The notes beneath the pieces were generated by a model. The model did no database searches, was not told where the DNA came from, and saw only the letters and a program-made list of their open reading frames with translations. From a virus (Duplodnaviria > Caudoviricetes): DNA of 33,804 nucleotides. Made by a program: the position numbers and the translations under genes. Positions 9,862 to 18,698 of this stretch are shown in pieces. The stretch is taken from positions 1 to 33,804 of IMG/VR virus record IMGVR_UViG_3300032218_003082. One strand, 5' to 3'. Numbering within the stretch: the stretch's first letter is position 1; each line of letters begins with the position of its first letter.

Positions 9862-10266
9862 TCAGGTGATGGCTTCAAACGAGGCGACGAAGGTCAGTGC
9901 GCTAGCAGTAGCAGAGGTCACCGCAACCGATTGACTCTCGGTCACATAGAACGAGGTGGTCTTATCCACCACGATCAGCGATGAGTTAGCCGGGACGCTG
10001 ATCTGATACGCCTGATAGACGGTTACAGTCGCGCTAGCAAAGGTTGCGTTGTTGCCAATCGCCACCGTGCAGTTCACCGCAGACGCCGTGGTGTTTGACA
10101 CCACAATGCTGTCGATCTTGTTGACCGTGCCAGAGGCAGGGGTCAAACCAGTCAGCGCGGTCGTGCCGTCATATGTCCACGAGGTCGTTGCGGTGGTTCC
10201 ACTGGGGATGACATACGCAGTGTTTCCCTTGATGCTTGTTACATTGACAATATTGGGGTTAGCCAT
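9862..10266 (-). CDS. Small beta-rich tail protein (134 aa)
   Basis: GGAG RBS; MANPNIVNVTSI start; sits between two fibre genes. Confidence 0.65.
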   Translation of the reverse strand: MANPNIVNVTSIKGNTAYVIPSGTTATTSWTYDGTTALTGLTPASGTVNKIDSIVVSNTTASAVNCTVAIGNNATFASATVTVYQAYQISVPANSSLIVVDKTTSFYVTESQSVAVTSATASALTFVASFEAIT

Positions 10267-10276
10267 TTTCTACTCC

Positions 10277-11320
10277 TTAGAACCCAAAAATAAGGGCCAT
10301 CGCGATGGATTTGCCGGTTGTGATGCCAGTTGATGTTGCCCAAGTCGGCGGGGCATCTCCGTTTGATTGCAGTACCTGCCCTGATGTGCCGTATGCGGTG
10401 CCGGTTGCGCCGAATGACACGCCCCCATTGGAGGTGACGCGGATGCGCTCTGTGCCGTTGGTGTTGGCCGTCATGTAGTTTGCGCCAGTGGCAGACAGCG
10501 CCAAGGTTCCCGCATTCGTGACAGATGGCGTGGTGAGAGAAGTGGTAGCCGAGAGGGTGGTGAAAAATCCGGCCAACGGGGTGCTCGTGCCGATGATCAC
10601 GTTGTTGATCTGGTTGCCGCCGCCTGCGATCGTCCCAGAGAGCGTGAACGCGCCAATCGTGTTGGCCGTCAACGTGGTGCCGTTGAAGGTCAGGTTGGCT
10701 GAATCAGTCAACTCCCCAGAGGTGGTCGCATACGTAACACGACCAGACGTCAAAGCCGAATCAATCAAACCCGCAGCGGTCAACTTAGTGCCGTTGAAAG
10801 TCAGGTTGGCAGAATCGGTCAACAGTCCCGCAGTCGTGGCATACGGGACACGGCCGGAGGTGAGAGCACTGACAGTGAGCGTCCCAGCGGTAAGCGCGGC
10901 CATGTAGTTGGTCGCCACCACCACATCCGTACCGTTGCTGACCAACACCATCTTCTGGCCATTAGGCACCGCTACGCCGGTCTGCCCACTGACCTTCACC
11001 TGCACCGGGTAACCACCACTGGTGTTGTTGTAGATGAAGTAGAGCTTCTTGTTGGCCGGGACAATCAGGCTGGTGGTGCTGAAGGTCAGCGTGCCCGTCA
11101 TCTCGATGAACATGTTACGGGCAACCCCTGTCGCGCCGTTGGGTATCGTGATGGTGGTCGTGGCCCCAGAGCCATCAGTAATGGCTTGCGTCACATAGCC
11201 GCTGATTGCCTGCTCCAGCAGCGTACCAAGGTTGGTATTGGTGATATCACCCCAAGTGTTGGCCTTTTCACCTGTGGCCATCAACTCAAGGGCAAGGTTG
11301 GTCGAGTAAGTAGAAGCCAT
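10277..11320 (-). CDS. Proximal tail fibre protein (347 aa)
   Basis: MASTYSTNL.LELMATGE..NTWG..TN.NL N-terminus; internal duplication ALTSGRVxYATTxGxLTDSANLTFNGT; TERIRVTSNG and GTSGQVLQSNG...PTW fibre motifs. Confidence 0.7.
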   Translation of the reverse strand: MASTYSTNLALELMATGEKANTWGDITNTNLGTLLEQAISGYVTQAITDGSGATTTITIPNGATGVARNMFIEMTGTLTFSTTSLIVPANKKLYFIYNNTSGGYPVQVKVSGQTGVAVPNGQKMVLVSNGTDVVVATNYMAALTAGTLTVSALTSGRVPYATTAGLLTDSANLTFNGTKLTAAGLIDSALTSGRVTYATTSGELTDSANLTFNGTTLTANTIGAFTLSGTIAGGGNQINNVIIGTSTPLAGFFTTLSATTSLTTPSVTNAGTLALSATGANYMTANTNGTERIRVTSNGGVSFGATGTAYGTSGQVLQSNGDAPPTWATSTGITTGKSIAMALIFGF

Positions 11321-11327
11321 TTGTCAC

Positions 11328-12347
11328 CTATGCCGCAAGTTTGGTCCAAGCCGGGGCTTGAACTGAAGAATCCGTTACCCAGCTCGGACTTTGCGTCGAA
11401 CTATCGACTGTCCATGTCGGGCTCTGTTTACTGCTGTCCTTGGTCCAAATCAAAACCGAGTTTACCGAACCTACTGCTGAAACTCCAGTGACGAATACCG
11501 ACGTCACCGTCTGAATCACCACGCTGTGGACCGAGCCCGTCGCCGTAACGCCGGTCACAGACACGTTGGAATCGATCGCCGGTGTGACGCTGTGGACCGA
11601 ACCCGTTCCTGCCACTCCAGTGGCATTGACGGACTTGTTGAGAACCACGCCGCCAATGACGCCTGTTCCTACCACGCCGGTCACCGCCACGTCCATGCTC
11701 AAGCTGATGGACACGCTGTGGACCGAACCTGTTGCCGACAACCCGGAAACACTGATCGAATCGTCGACCTGCACTGCTACGCTGTGAACCGAGCCCGTTC
11801 CCACGAGCCCCGTCACAGTAATGCTGCTGTCTATCTGGACTGCAACCGTGCCCACTACGGCTACGGCGGACACCCCAGATACTTCAATGCTGTCGTCAAC
11901 TTGGAACGAAACGCTGCCGATCGCCCCTGTTGCCACCAAACCACTGACAGAAACGCTGTCGTCAACTTGGAACGAAACGCTGTTGACTGACCCTGTTGCC
12001 ACCAAGCCGCTGACAGAAATGCTGTCATCGACCTGAATCGAAACCGTTCCAACACTGCCCGTTGCGGATACCCCACTGACGTTTTCGTCAATGTTGACCT
12101 GCACCGTGACGCTGTTGACCGAGCCCGTCGCCGAGACAAACGATGCTGCGTTGCCCCAGCCTTGCTGCCCCCAACCAACTACCGAATTCCAACCATCAAA
12201 CGCTACTGTGCGATCCGCTCCGATAAGGAAGCTGACCGTGCCAATCGACCCTGTAGCAGAAACAGAGGATGAACCGTTTCCCCATCCCTGCTGGCCCCAG
12301 CCAAGGACAGAATTCCATCCATCGAACCCTACTGTCGCATTGGCCAA
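11328..12347 (-). CDS. Repeat-rich Val/Ser/Thr/Gly virion protein (339 aa)
   Basis: About eleven ~22-aa repeats of the form VSGxxATGSVxSVxxQVDDSx, plus a duplicated FDGWNSVxGWGQQGWGN motif. Confidence 0.7.
   Translation of the reverse strand: MANATVGFDGWNSVLGWGQQGWGNGSSSVSATGSIGTVSFLIGADRTVAFDGWNSVVGWGQQGWGNAASFVSATGSVNSVTVQVNIDENVSGVSATGSVGTVSIQVDDSISVSGLVATGSVNSVSFQVDDSVSVSGLVATGAIGSVSFQVDDSIEVSGVSAVAVVGTVAVQIDSSITVTGLVGTGSVHSVAVQVDDSISVSGLSATGSVHSVSISLSMDVAVTGVVGTGVIGGVVLNKSVNATGVAGTGSVHSVTPAIDSNVSVTGVTATGSVHSVVIQTVTSVFVTGVSAVGSVNSVLIWTKDSSKQSPTWTVDSSTQSPSWVTDSSVQAPAWTKLAA
11450..12140 (-). repeat. Degenerate 66-bp coding tandem repeat
   Basis: For example, ctgtcgtcaacttggaacgaaacgctg recurs 66 bp apart near 11890 and 11956. 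Boundaries are approximate. Confidence 0.75.
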
Positions 12348-12356
12348 CTACCCACC

Positions 12357-12812
12357 TTACGCAATCTGGATGATCGCGGTACCTGCGCCAGCCGTCGGGA
12401 ACACAATGGTGAACGTACCGCTAGACACCACCTGATCCGTCACGAAGTCCAAAATGCACACCGCATAACCCGTGCTGGCCTGATAGATCATCGCGCCGCG
12501 CGTCGTGAACGTCGCGGAGGACCAGCTGGTGTCGTTGAAGTCCACATAGGCAGTCGTACCGCTGGAAGTCGGAGTGATGTTCACCAGCGTGTTGCCACCC
12601 GTGGTGTAGCCACTACCGTTGGCCAGCTCATCACTGTTGCTGGTCATGTTGCTGTAGTTGGTCGTCGCAGCACCATACGTGCCGGTGATGCTGGCACCCG
12701 CCTTGAACAAGGCGATCTTGTAGGCCGGGCTGGCCGAAGTCGTAAAGTTATGCGTTCCAGTGAGCAACTGCACCTTGAAGCTGGTGCACATCGCTTGTGT
12801 CAAACCTGCCAT
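12357..12812 (-). CDS. Conserved virion structural protein (151 aa)
   Basis: AGGAG RBS; QAMCTSFK..LL.G.HNF...KIALF...GYTTGG..L...DF.D.SW pattern typical of phage tail-associated proteins. Confidence 0.65.
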   Translation of the reverse strand: MAGLTQAMCTSFKVQLLTGTHNFTTSASPAYKIALFKAGASITGTYGAATTNYSNMTSNSDELANGSGYTTGGNTLVNITPTSSGTTAYVDFNDTSWSSATFTTRGAMIYQASTGYAVCILDFVTDQVVSSGTFTIVFPTAGAGTAIIQIA

Positions 12813-12825
12813 ATCACTCTCCTAA

Positions 12826-13506
12826 TTAAACGCCACGCGCATACGGCGGGGGATTCGAGACCAACGGAACGCGGAGCATTCCGTCGCGGTATTCGTCGCG
12901 ACGTCCGCGACCTTGCTGCTCTGCTGCCAACTTGGCCACAGCGTCATTGTAACGCTGTTGGAACTGACCAATCATTTCCTGCGGACCCTTGGTGAACAGG
13001 TACGCCTCTACCAGCACAGCATAGGTCAGCACTTCCGGTGCGTTGTCAGAAATCCATGTGTTGGGATTGGTCGCAGACAACTGCTCCGGCCGACGGAAGT
13101 ACGCCAGCTCAAGCTGGTAATTCAACGATCCTGTCAGCGCAGGTGCAATGTAGAGCGTGGTCTGATCCCACATGGCGTAGTACTTGGGCGTCGCCGAACT
13201 GGTGGACGTGTTGGCCACGTATTCGGTCATGAAGCTGATGTCGCGCTGCTCGAGCATGACGCGGTTGCCATTGGTCGGGATGTACTGCAGGTAACGCGGG
13301 AACAGGAAGCCGCTGGGCACCTGTACCTTGGGATTGGTTGTGCCGATCGTTGCAACGTCGTACTCCTTGAACACGTCAAGGTCGACGTCCCGCATGATGC
13401 GGTTCTCAGAGACAAGGATGAAGTTGCCCAACACCGTCGGCGTAAAGACGTTGGCGTCGATCTCCATGTAACTCTTGATGTTGTCAGTGAACTGTGTGTA
13501 GTTCAT
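12826..13506 (-). CDS. Head-tail adaptor-like protein (226 aa)
   Basis: MNY......I..Y.E...FI..SENRI.R...PKYYA...TWISDNAPEVL.YA.LVEA; size and position fit an adaptor. Confidence 0.55.
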   Translation of the reverse strand: MNYTQFTDNIKSYMEIDANVFTPTVLGNFILVSENRIMRDVDLDVFKEYDVATIGTTNPKVQVPSGFLFPRYLQYIPTNGNRVMLEQRDISFMTEYVANTSTSSATPKYYAMWDQTTLYIAPALTGSLNYQLELAYFRRPEQLSATNPNTWISDNAPEVLTYAVLVEAYLFTKGPQEMIGQFQQRYNDAVAKLAAEQQGRGRRDEYRDGMLRVPLVSNPPPYARGV

Positions 13507-13829
13507 GTAATTACGACTCTCACCGAATTAAGCATGCATTGAGCTAGAACGAGGTCCTTTTGCGGATCAGGAAACATTCCAACCGAAGCAAATACCGAGT
13601 TGCCCGGACCGCCGACGTACACGTCAACAGGTTCCTTGGGCTGCGGACGCGGCTCTTGCAGAGCAATAGCATCCGAGACATTTCGGCGAGGCTCAAGCTG
13701 CGGATGCTTGGGCTCGTAGCAAAACGGGCAGGTCTTCAGACCCTGCCATTCCTTTCTCAGCTCACTGAGAAAGAACCGCTGGTTACAACGGTCACACAGC
13801 GCAAGGGATCGTCTTCCTTGCGCATACAT
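13503..13829 (-). CDS. Conserved Cys4 zinc-binding protein of the morphogenesis module (108 aa)
   Basis: CDRC...CPFC..PKHPQL...AL..PRP; overlaps the neighbouring genes at both ends. Confidence 0.7.
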   Translation of the reverse strand: MYAQGRRSLALCDRCNQRFFLSELRKEWQGLKTCPFCYEPKHPQLEPRRNVSDAIALQEPRPQPKEPVDVYVGGPGNSVFASVGMFPDPQKDLVLAQCMLNSVRVVIT

Positions 13830-14506
13830 TATGCCATCGTCCGGTCAGGAACCAAATACACGCTGGCAATATCACGGTCTTCCTGCGCAGCACGCAAGAA
13901 GTCCTCTTCGTAAATCTGTTTGAGCATCGTCATCCGTTCCGGCGCACGCTTCATCGAGATGTAGTACGCCAGCCCCGATGCCAGACACGGCAGGAAACGG
14001 AAGTTGATGTCCGTCGTGTTGGTGTAGGCCCCCGCATCCTGAATACGCTTGATGGCGTAATACACGAACGTGTAGGACTGCGAGGAATCCGGGTTGGGGT
14101 AGAAGTACACCTGCGGTGTGATCGTGCGCTGTACGTAGAACTGAGCAGGCCTTGCCTGCGTGCTGATCTTGACAGGCGTATGCAACCACTCTGCCCGGCT
14201 AAAACGGTTCAGTGTGATGTCCGTCTGCACCCCGTTCAACGTCGAACGGATCACGGCTTCCAGCACGTTGACAGTATCCAACGGGAGGTCGTACTCATAC
14301 GTCCCCGCCGTCAACGCCAGCGTGCGCTGTTCAATCGTCCAGAGGTTCAGACCACGGCTCGCCCAATCCAAGAACATGAGGTTCAAGGAACGGCGAGCCG
14401 TTTTGATGTCGTAGCCTGCACGAGCTTGAAGACCGCAGCGCTCATACGCTTCGGTTATCAGCTCATCCACGTCCAGATCGAACGTGGTTGTTCCGGACGT
14501 GGTCAT
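13829..14506 (-). CDS. Head-tail adaptor / tail tubular protein A-like (225 aa)
   Basis: TSGTTTF.LD..ELI.EAYERCG...ARRSLNL...W..RGLNLW...RP.QFY...GLAYY; size and position fit. Confidence 0.55.
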   Translation of the reverse strand: MTTSGTTTFDLDVDELITEAYERCGLQARAGYDIKTARRSLNLMFLDWASRGLNLWTIEQRTLALTAGTYEYDLPLDTVNVLEAVIRSTLNGVQTDITLNRFSRAEWLHTPVKISTQARPAQFYVQRTITPQVYFYPNPDSSQSYTFVYYAIKRIQDAGAYTNTTDINFRFLPCLASGLAYYISMKRAPERMTMLKQIYEEDFLRAAQEDRDIASVYLVPDRTMA

Positions 14507-14688
14507 TACCAGCTGGTCGGCTGCGGAATGCGCTTGGTCGGGGGATTCTCAACCGAGCCCGCATTTTTCTGGGCTTGGAAGTTGACATCCACCGGCACTG
14601 GCTTCTTGGCCTGTTCAGTGCTCTCGGACATCACAGCACCAAACCCTTTGATTGCGGCTCCAACGCCGCGCTTGCCACCTTGTTTCAT
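14506..14688 (-). CDS. Small basic virion protein (60 aa)
   Basis: AAGGAG RBS; RGVGAAIKG motif; TAATG coupling to the next gene. Confidence 0.65.
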   Translation of the reverse strand: MKQGGKRGVGAAIKGFGAVMSESTEQAKKPVPVDVNFQAQKNAGSVENPPTKRIPQPTSW

Positions 14689-14702
14689 GTGATTCTCCTT
14701 GG

Positions 14703-15158
14703 TTAGCCAAACTTGCGTTTCATGGAGCCGCCGCGCTTCTTGTGCTCGGCCTTTTCCATGGCGGCGGATTCCTTTGCCTCATGCTTCATCATAGCTGCTT
14801 TGCTGGCGTACCGCTCGCCGCTGCCTTTTTCCATGATGCCGCCCTTGGCCTTCTTCACCGCCTTGTGCGCCACGCCCATCGGCTCGTTCTCATGCTGCTG
14901 CATGCGAGCGTCTTGACGCTTGTCGTAGGCCGACGGCTTGACTTCACCGCCCTTGGCATAGGCGCGCTGGGGAGCGATCATCGGCAGGTTCTTGGCCAGC
15001 TTGCCGGGCATCAGGGCGCGGCCCTGACGGTCCTTGATGGCATCGCCGCCACTGGCCATTTTCTTGGCCTTGGTGATCGAACCACCCTTGGCGGCTTTGA
15101 TCGGCATACCCATTGCCATCATCTTGTGGCGATTGGTGTTCTTGCTCGTGTATTCCAT
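14703..15158 (-). CDS. Lys/Met/Ala-rich low-complexity protein with five xxGG repeats (151 aa)
   Basis: The ATG at 15158 follows AAAGGA just after the upstream stop, so it is preferred over the track start at 15203. Repeats: AAKGG, MASGG, YAKGG, KAKGG, KKRGG. Confidence 0.7.
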   Translation of the reverse strand: MEYTSKNTNRHKMMAMGMPIKAAKGGSITKAKKMASGGDAIKDRQGRALMPGKLAKNLPMIAPQRAYAKGGEVKPSAYDKRQDARMQQHENEPMGVAHKAVKKAKGGIMEKGSGERYASKAAMMKHEAKESAAMEKAEHKKRGGSMKRKFG

Positions 15159-15168
15159 GTCCGTCCTT

Positions 15169-15558
15169 TCAACACTTCCATCGTTTGAGAGAGGCTTTGG
15201 CACGCTCGGCCGGGCCCTTTGATTTTGCCACTACTCCTGCCATCCGTGCACAAAACGACCGCTTGCGCGGGCCACCTTCAGGCTGTGGAGCCTTCAGGTT
15301 GCTGCCTGTCTCACGGTTGTACTTCGCCCTGCCTTTGGCCGTCAGGCCTGCGCCTTTTTCCGTGGGAAGCTTCTCGCCTCGTCCAACGGAGAGCACAGGC
15401 CCGCCTTTCTTCAGCTTGGCGGTCTTGGCTGATTCTTTGAAGGCTTCAGCCGTGGGCGCACCCGGTTGACCAACAGCGCGCATTTTCTCGCCAGAGCCTG
15501 CAGCGATTCTTTTGCGCTTTGCATTGATATTGGCATAGAGCCCTCGACTGTTAGCCAT
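15169..15558 (-). CDS. Basic protein, DUF6321-like C-terminal domain fused to a GLYANI.AKRKR N-terminal module (129 aa)
   Basis: GLTAKGR..YN..TGSNLKAP...RKRSFCARM.G...SL.RWKC. Family assignment is from memory. Confidence 0.6.
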   Translation of the reverse strand: MANSRGLYANINAKRKRIAAGSGEKMRAVGQPGAPTAEAFKESAKTAKLKKGGPVLSVGRGEKLPTEKGAGLTAKGRAKYNRETGSNLKAPQPEGGPRKRSFCARMAGVVAKSKGPAERAKASLKRWKC

Positions 15559-16030
15559 AGAACGCTGTCACCGACACTACGGAAGGCATGCCAACATACA
15601 GCCCGCTTTCGGCCAGAATCCCGTCGCCGGGAACCATGAACGAAAAAGGTGTTGCAGAGGTGGTATCCACTTCCATCAGAATTCCGGAATACATCGAGAC
15701 GTTACCGCTGGTAGTAGCCGATGACGCCGTGACAGTGAACTGCGTAGAGCTGGCCGTGACAATCACGTACACAGCATCTGTTGCCGTGCCCGAGGTGAAG
15801 TCTAACCACACACGATCCCCCACCGCTACGCTGTTGGCCATGGTGACCGTGATTGTAGTGGTGGTCTGCGAATACGTGCCGGTGGTGGCCACGTTATTGG
15901 CAAAGACAGTGTGAATGGCACTGGATGATGCCGGAGAAATGATTCCACCCTTGAGACGAGTGCGGCCACTGGCCACAATTGCCCCCGATGTAACCCGATG
16001 CCCCGACTTTACGTCGAACTGAAATGTCAT
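15551..16030 (-). CDS. Virion structural protein (159 aa)
   Basis: ATG at 16030 with a GGGGGA RBS; DVKS start and PGDGIL...GLYV...TAFYG end. Confidence 0.6.
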   Translation of the reverse strand: MTFQFDVKSGHRVTSGAIVASGRTRLKGGIISPASSSAIHTVFANNVATTGTYSQTTTTITVTMANSVAVGDRVWLDFTSGTATDAVYVIVTASSTQFTVTASSATTSGNVSMYSGILMEVDTTSATPFSFMVPGDGILAESGLYVGMPSVVSVTAFYG

Positions 16031-16043
16031 GATTCCCCCATTC

Positions 16044-16071
16044 AAGAAAGGCCCCTTGTTACAGGGGCCTT
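16044..16071 (-). terminator. Probable intrinsic terminator
   Basis: Minus strand AAGGCCCCT-GTAACA-AGGGGCCTT followed by TCTT, just after the stop at 16077. The U-tract is weak. Confidence 0.55.
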
Positions 16072-16076
16072 GTTAA

Positions 16077-16568
16077 TTAAACGGGTTCAGCGGAGCCGTC
16101 TTGTGCGCGCTGCATGTACTCAACCGTGACGACCATCGAACCGGCAGTCGGGTTGCCCGTGGCGGCAGTGAACGTGCCGTAGATCGTGACATCGCTGGTG
16201 CCGATGTTGTTGGTCTGCGCAACAACCATGGCGGCATCAATGGTGGCCTGAACCACTTTGACCGAAGAGGTCGTGGTGCTGACCGTGGTCATGTATTTGT
16301 TGGCCGTGCCGACGTTACCAATGGTGACGCCCACGTTCGAGACGCTGCCGCCGCTGATTGCGGTGACAACTTCGATGTCGAAACGAACGATCTTCGAGCC
16401 TGCCGGAAGAACGAAGAGAGCCTGTGCAGTCGGCGAGGTGGTCATGGCCGCATACGAAACCGTTGCGGTTTGGGCCAGCATTACGACACCGGTGTTCTCA
16501 CCCGAGGCAACAGTGCCTTGGCGAACGGTGCCCGCACGAATAGGACCTGAGAAGGTAGTAAAAGACAT
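16077..16568 (-). CDS. Virion structural protein, possible capsid decoration/spike base (163 aa)
   Basis: ATG at 16568 with an AAGGA RBS; MSFTTFSGPIRAG...LPAGSKI...VTVEY; first gene after the capsid gene. Confidence 0.65.
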   Translation of the reverse strand: MSFTTFSGPIRAGTVRQGTVASGENTGVVMLAQTATVSYAAMTTSPTAQALFVLPAGSKIVRFDIEVVTAISGGSVSNVGVTIGNVGTANKYMTTVSTTTSSVKVVQATIDAAMVVAQTNNIGTSDVTIYGTFTAATGNPTAGSMVVTVEYMQRAQDGSAEPV

Positions 16569-16582
16569 GATGGTTCCTTGTG

Positions 16583-16650
16583 TTGTAGCACATCCCGGCA
16601 CAGTCACTACAATGTCGGCTAGGGCCGTCTGCGCTGGTGAATATCCCTAG
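16583..16650 (-). ncRNA. Structured RNA candidate resembling the Mu-gpT-DE (Mu-like gpT downstream element) motif
   Basis: Minus strand: stem 1 CTAGGG/CCCTAG, stem 2 TTGTAG/CTACAA, loop-loop complementarity CCAGCGCAG/CTGTGCCGG and three GAC triplets. Located directly downstream of a gpT-like capsid gene. The family match is from location and recalled features, not a covariance search. Confidence 0.6.
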
Positions 16651-16677
16651 AAAACAGGGGGACCGAGGCCCCCCTGT
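16651..16677 (-). terminator. Intrinsic terminator after the major capsid gene
   Basis: Minus strand ACAGGGGG-GCCTCGGT-CCCCCTGT then TTTCT, beginning 12 nt after the stop. Confidence 0.7.
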
Positions 16678-16689
16678 CTCATTACTGCA

Positions 16690-17604
16690 TCAAGCTCCCG
16701 GCGAGCCGTAGGCACCGCGCGGGTCGGACCAGCCGAAGCTGTAACGCTCGCGAGCCTTGTAACGCACGTTGCCGGTGTCGAAGTCACCCTCGAAGGCAGT
16801 GCGGATCGGCGAACGCTGGAACATCTTCAGGCCGTTCGGGGCGTCGGTCATCAGGAACCAAGCGTCAGCGTCGGTCAGGTAGTGGTTGACCACAAACCCT
16901 TCCGGAATCAGACCCATGGACTTGATGGCGTTGATGTCGTTGTCGGCCGTTGCGGTACGCAGGGTCGACTTCATCAGACGCTCGGCGGTGAACTGGTTCT
17001 CTTTCGGAACCACCATGCGGGTCGCCATAACGGCGATCTTCAGGCCACGTTCGTCGGTGAACCCGGCGATGTCGATGATGCCCTGTTCGAGGGAAGTCTC
17101 GTTCAGGTCAGCAGCGGTCGCAGGGGTGTTCGAGAAGTTCGGGCCCAAAGCGGTCGGGTGAGCGGTGCTGAACAGAGGCACGCCGTCGCCGCCGTAGTAC
17201 TGAGCGGAGTTGGTGAAACCGTTGTTCAGAATCGACGCACCGTTGACCTGCTTGGTGTGTGCCATCGAGCGAGCCAGCGCCTTGGTGTAGCGCGCAGCCA
17301 AACGATCGTACAGGTTGTCTTCGATCGCCTCTTCGGTGATCGAGAACGCCAGTGCGATGGTCTGGTGGGTGTAGCGCGCAGTGAACGACTCGTTGGCTTG
17401 GTCGTATGCAACGCCCGCGCCTTCGGCCTTCACAGGTGCTTGCGCAAACCCGGTCAGCATCACTTCTTCTTCAAATGCACGCTCGGACGACTCAATTGCG
17501 AAGACGTCCTCGTGCTCGTTTTCATAACGCTTGTACTCCAGACCGAACAGGGCGTTCAGGCCGGGCTCAAGCTCTTTTACCAGTTGGGCGCGTGTAATGG
17601 CCAT
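16690..17604 (-). CDS. Major capsid protein (Mu gpT-like, HK97 fold; 304 aa)
   Basis: MAITRAQLVKELEPGLNALFG...S.RAFEE...ITEEAIEDNLY...GGDGVPLFSTAHP...DFDTGNVRYKARERYSFGWSDPR; strongly biased codons; followed by a terminator. Confidence 0.9.
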   Translation of the reverse strand: MAITRAQLVKELEPGLNALFGLEYKRYENEHEDVFAIESSERAFEEEVMLTGFAQAPVKAEGAGVAYDQANESFTARYTHQTIALAFSITEEAIEDNLYDRLAARYTKALARSMAHTKQVNGASILNNGFTNSAQYYGGDGVPLFSTAHPTALGPNFSNTPATAADLNETSLEQGIIDIAGFTDERGLKIAVMATRMVVPKENQFTAERLMKSTLRTATADNDINAIKSMGLIPEGFVVNHYLTDADAWFLMTDAPNGLKMFQRSPIRTAFEGDFDTGNVRYKARERYSFGWSDPRGAYGSPGA

Positions 17605-17606
17605 GA

Positions 17607-18179
17607 TTAGACTCCCGCAGTGCCGGTACTAGAACCGTACAGGTGGTTGTTGATCTTGACGATCAGTTGGGTGTTGGCCGAAGTGAGGTCATTCACGTTC
17701 GGAGCTTGGTTCACACCAATGATCTTCAGCTCATAGGTCGCGTTGCCCGTTGCCGGGGTGCCGATCTGCATGCCAGAAATGCCGGTGGTGGTGCTGCCCG
17801 ACACGCTGGTATCGATCTGCGCATTGCGACCAATCGCGGTGTTGCCGGGAGTACCGACAGCTTGTGCGACGAACGAGGCCGAAGGATCATCCACGATGAA
17901 GGCTACGATGTCCGAAGCAACGATGCTGCCCGGGTAGTAGTTCTTGAACGTGGTCTTTTTGGTGGTCGGGTCGGTGTACTGACAGCCGATAAACACACCC
18001 AGAGTTGCGCCCGACGAGTATGCGGCCAGATAGCCACTCGCCAGAGTTACGAGGTCGCCCTGAAAGATCGCGGTGCCATAGTTGCTCGAAATGCGATATT
18101 GCGTATCGCCTTGGTTCGCAACAGTGCTACCAACCCGACCAATCGGACTAAACCCAAAGGCTTTATTGGTGTTAGCCAT
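17607..18179 (-). CDS. Minor capsid / cement-like protein (190 aa)
   Basis: GGAG RBS; AFGFSP...IFQGDLV...GVFIGCQY...VDDP; directly upstream of the capsid gene. Confidence 0.6.
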   Translation of the reverse strand: MANTNKAFGFSPIGRVGSTVANQGDTQYRISSNYGTAIFQGDLVTLASGYLAAYSSGATLGVFIGCQYTDPTTKKTTFKNYYPGSIVASDIVAFIVDDPSASFVAQAVGTPGNTAIGRNAQIDTSVSGSTTTGISGMQIGTPATGNATYELKIIGVNQAPNVNDLTSANTQLIVKINNHLYGSSTGTAGV

Positions 18180-18207
18180 GGAAAGTCTCCAAATGATTTA
18201 AGGTCAA

Positions 18208-18693
18208 TTACCCCTCGCCTTTGCGAGGAGCATTAAAAGATACACGAGAGGTCCGTTCAGGATCATTTATGCGCATTGAGGAATGCGCATTCTCACGCAT
18301 CATGTCGTTGTCGACTGCTTGGAGTTGATCTCTCGCTGCCTTGGCGTAGTACGCGTTGCGTTCGGCTTTGGTCTCAAGGGGAATCTTGGCAAGCATCAAA
18401 CCACCCACTGAAACGACGCCTTGATACTTGCCGTCATCTACAGTAGGCAGCATGTCACGGTACTCTTCAGGCACTTCCTCGATTCTCACGAGTTCGTAAC
18501 CCTCACGAAGCTTGCCGTAGACGTGTTGCTTGTCAACGTGCCCATTTACCTCTGCACGAATCCAACGATAGTCATACCCTTCAGGAGCGGGAGGCGCATC
18601 CAAACGCGAAGGACGAACCCATGGACGACGGCGCGCAGTTGCCTCACGAGTCTTGTCGGTGCGGGAACCGCGATCAATTTTCAGCTGATCCAT
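18208..18693 (-). CDS. Conserved head-module protein (161 aa)
   Basis: AAGGAG RBS; W..PS.LDAPP.PEG..YRWIR...REGYE.V...GGLMLAKIP...RNAYY. Confidence 0.7.
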   Translation of the reverse strand: MDQLKIDRGSRTDKTREATARRRPWVRPSRLDAPPAPEGYDYRWIRAEVNGHVDKQHVYGKLREGYELVRIEEVPEEYRDMLPTVDDGKYQGVVSVGGLMLAKIPLETKAERNAYYAKAARDQLQAVDNDMMRENAHSSMRINDPERTSRVSFNAPRKGEG

Positions 18694-18698
18694 TTGAG

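Noticed and set aside
5865-11320. Diversity-generating retroelement or invertible tail-fibre system
   Set aside because: No reverse transcriptase, invertase, template/variable repeat pair or inverted gene copy was seen in this window.
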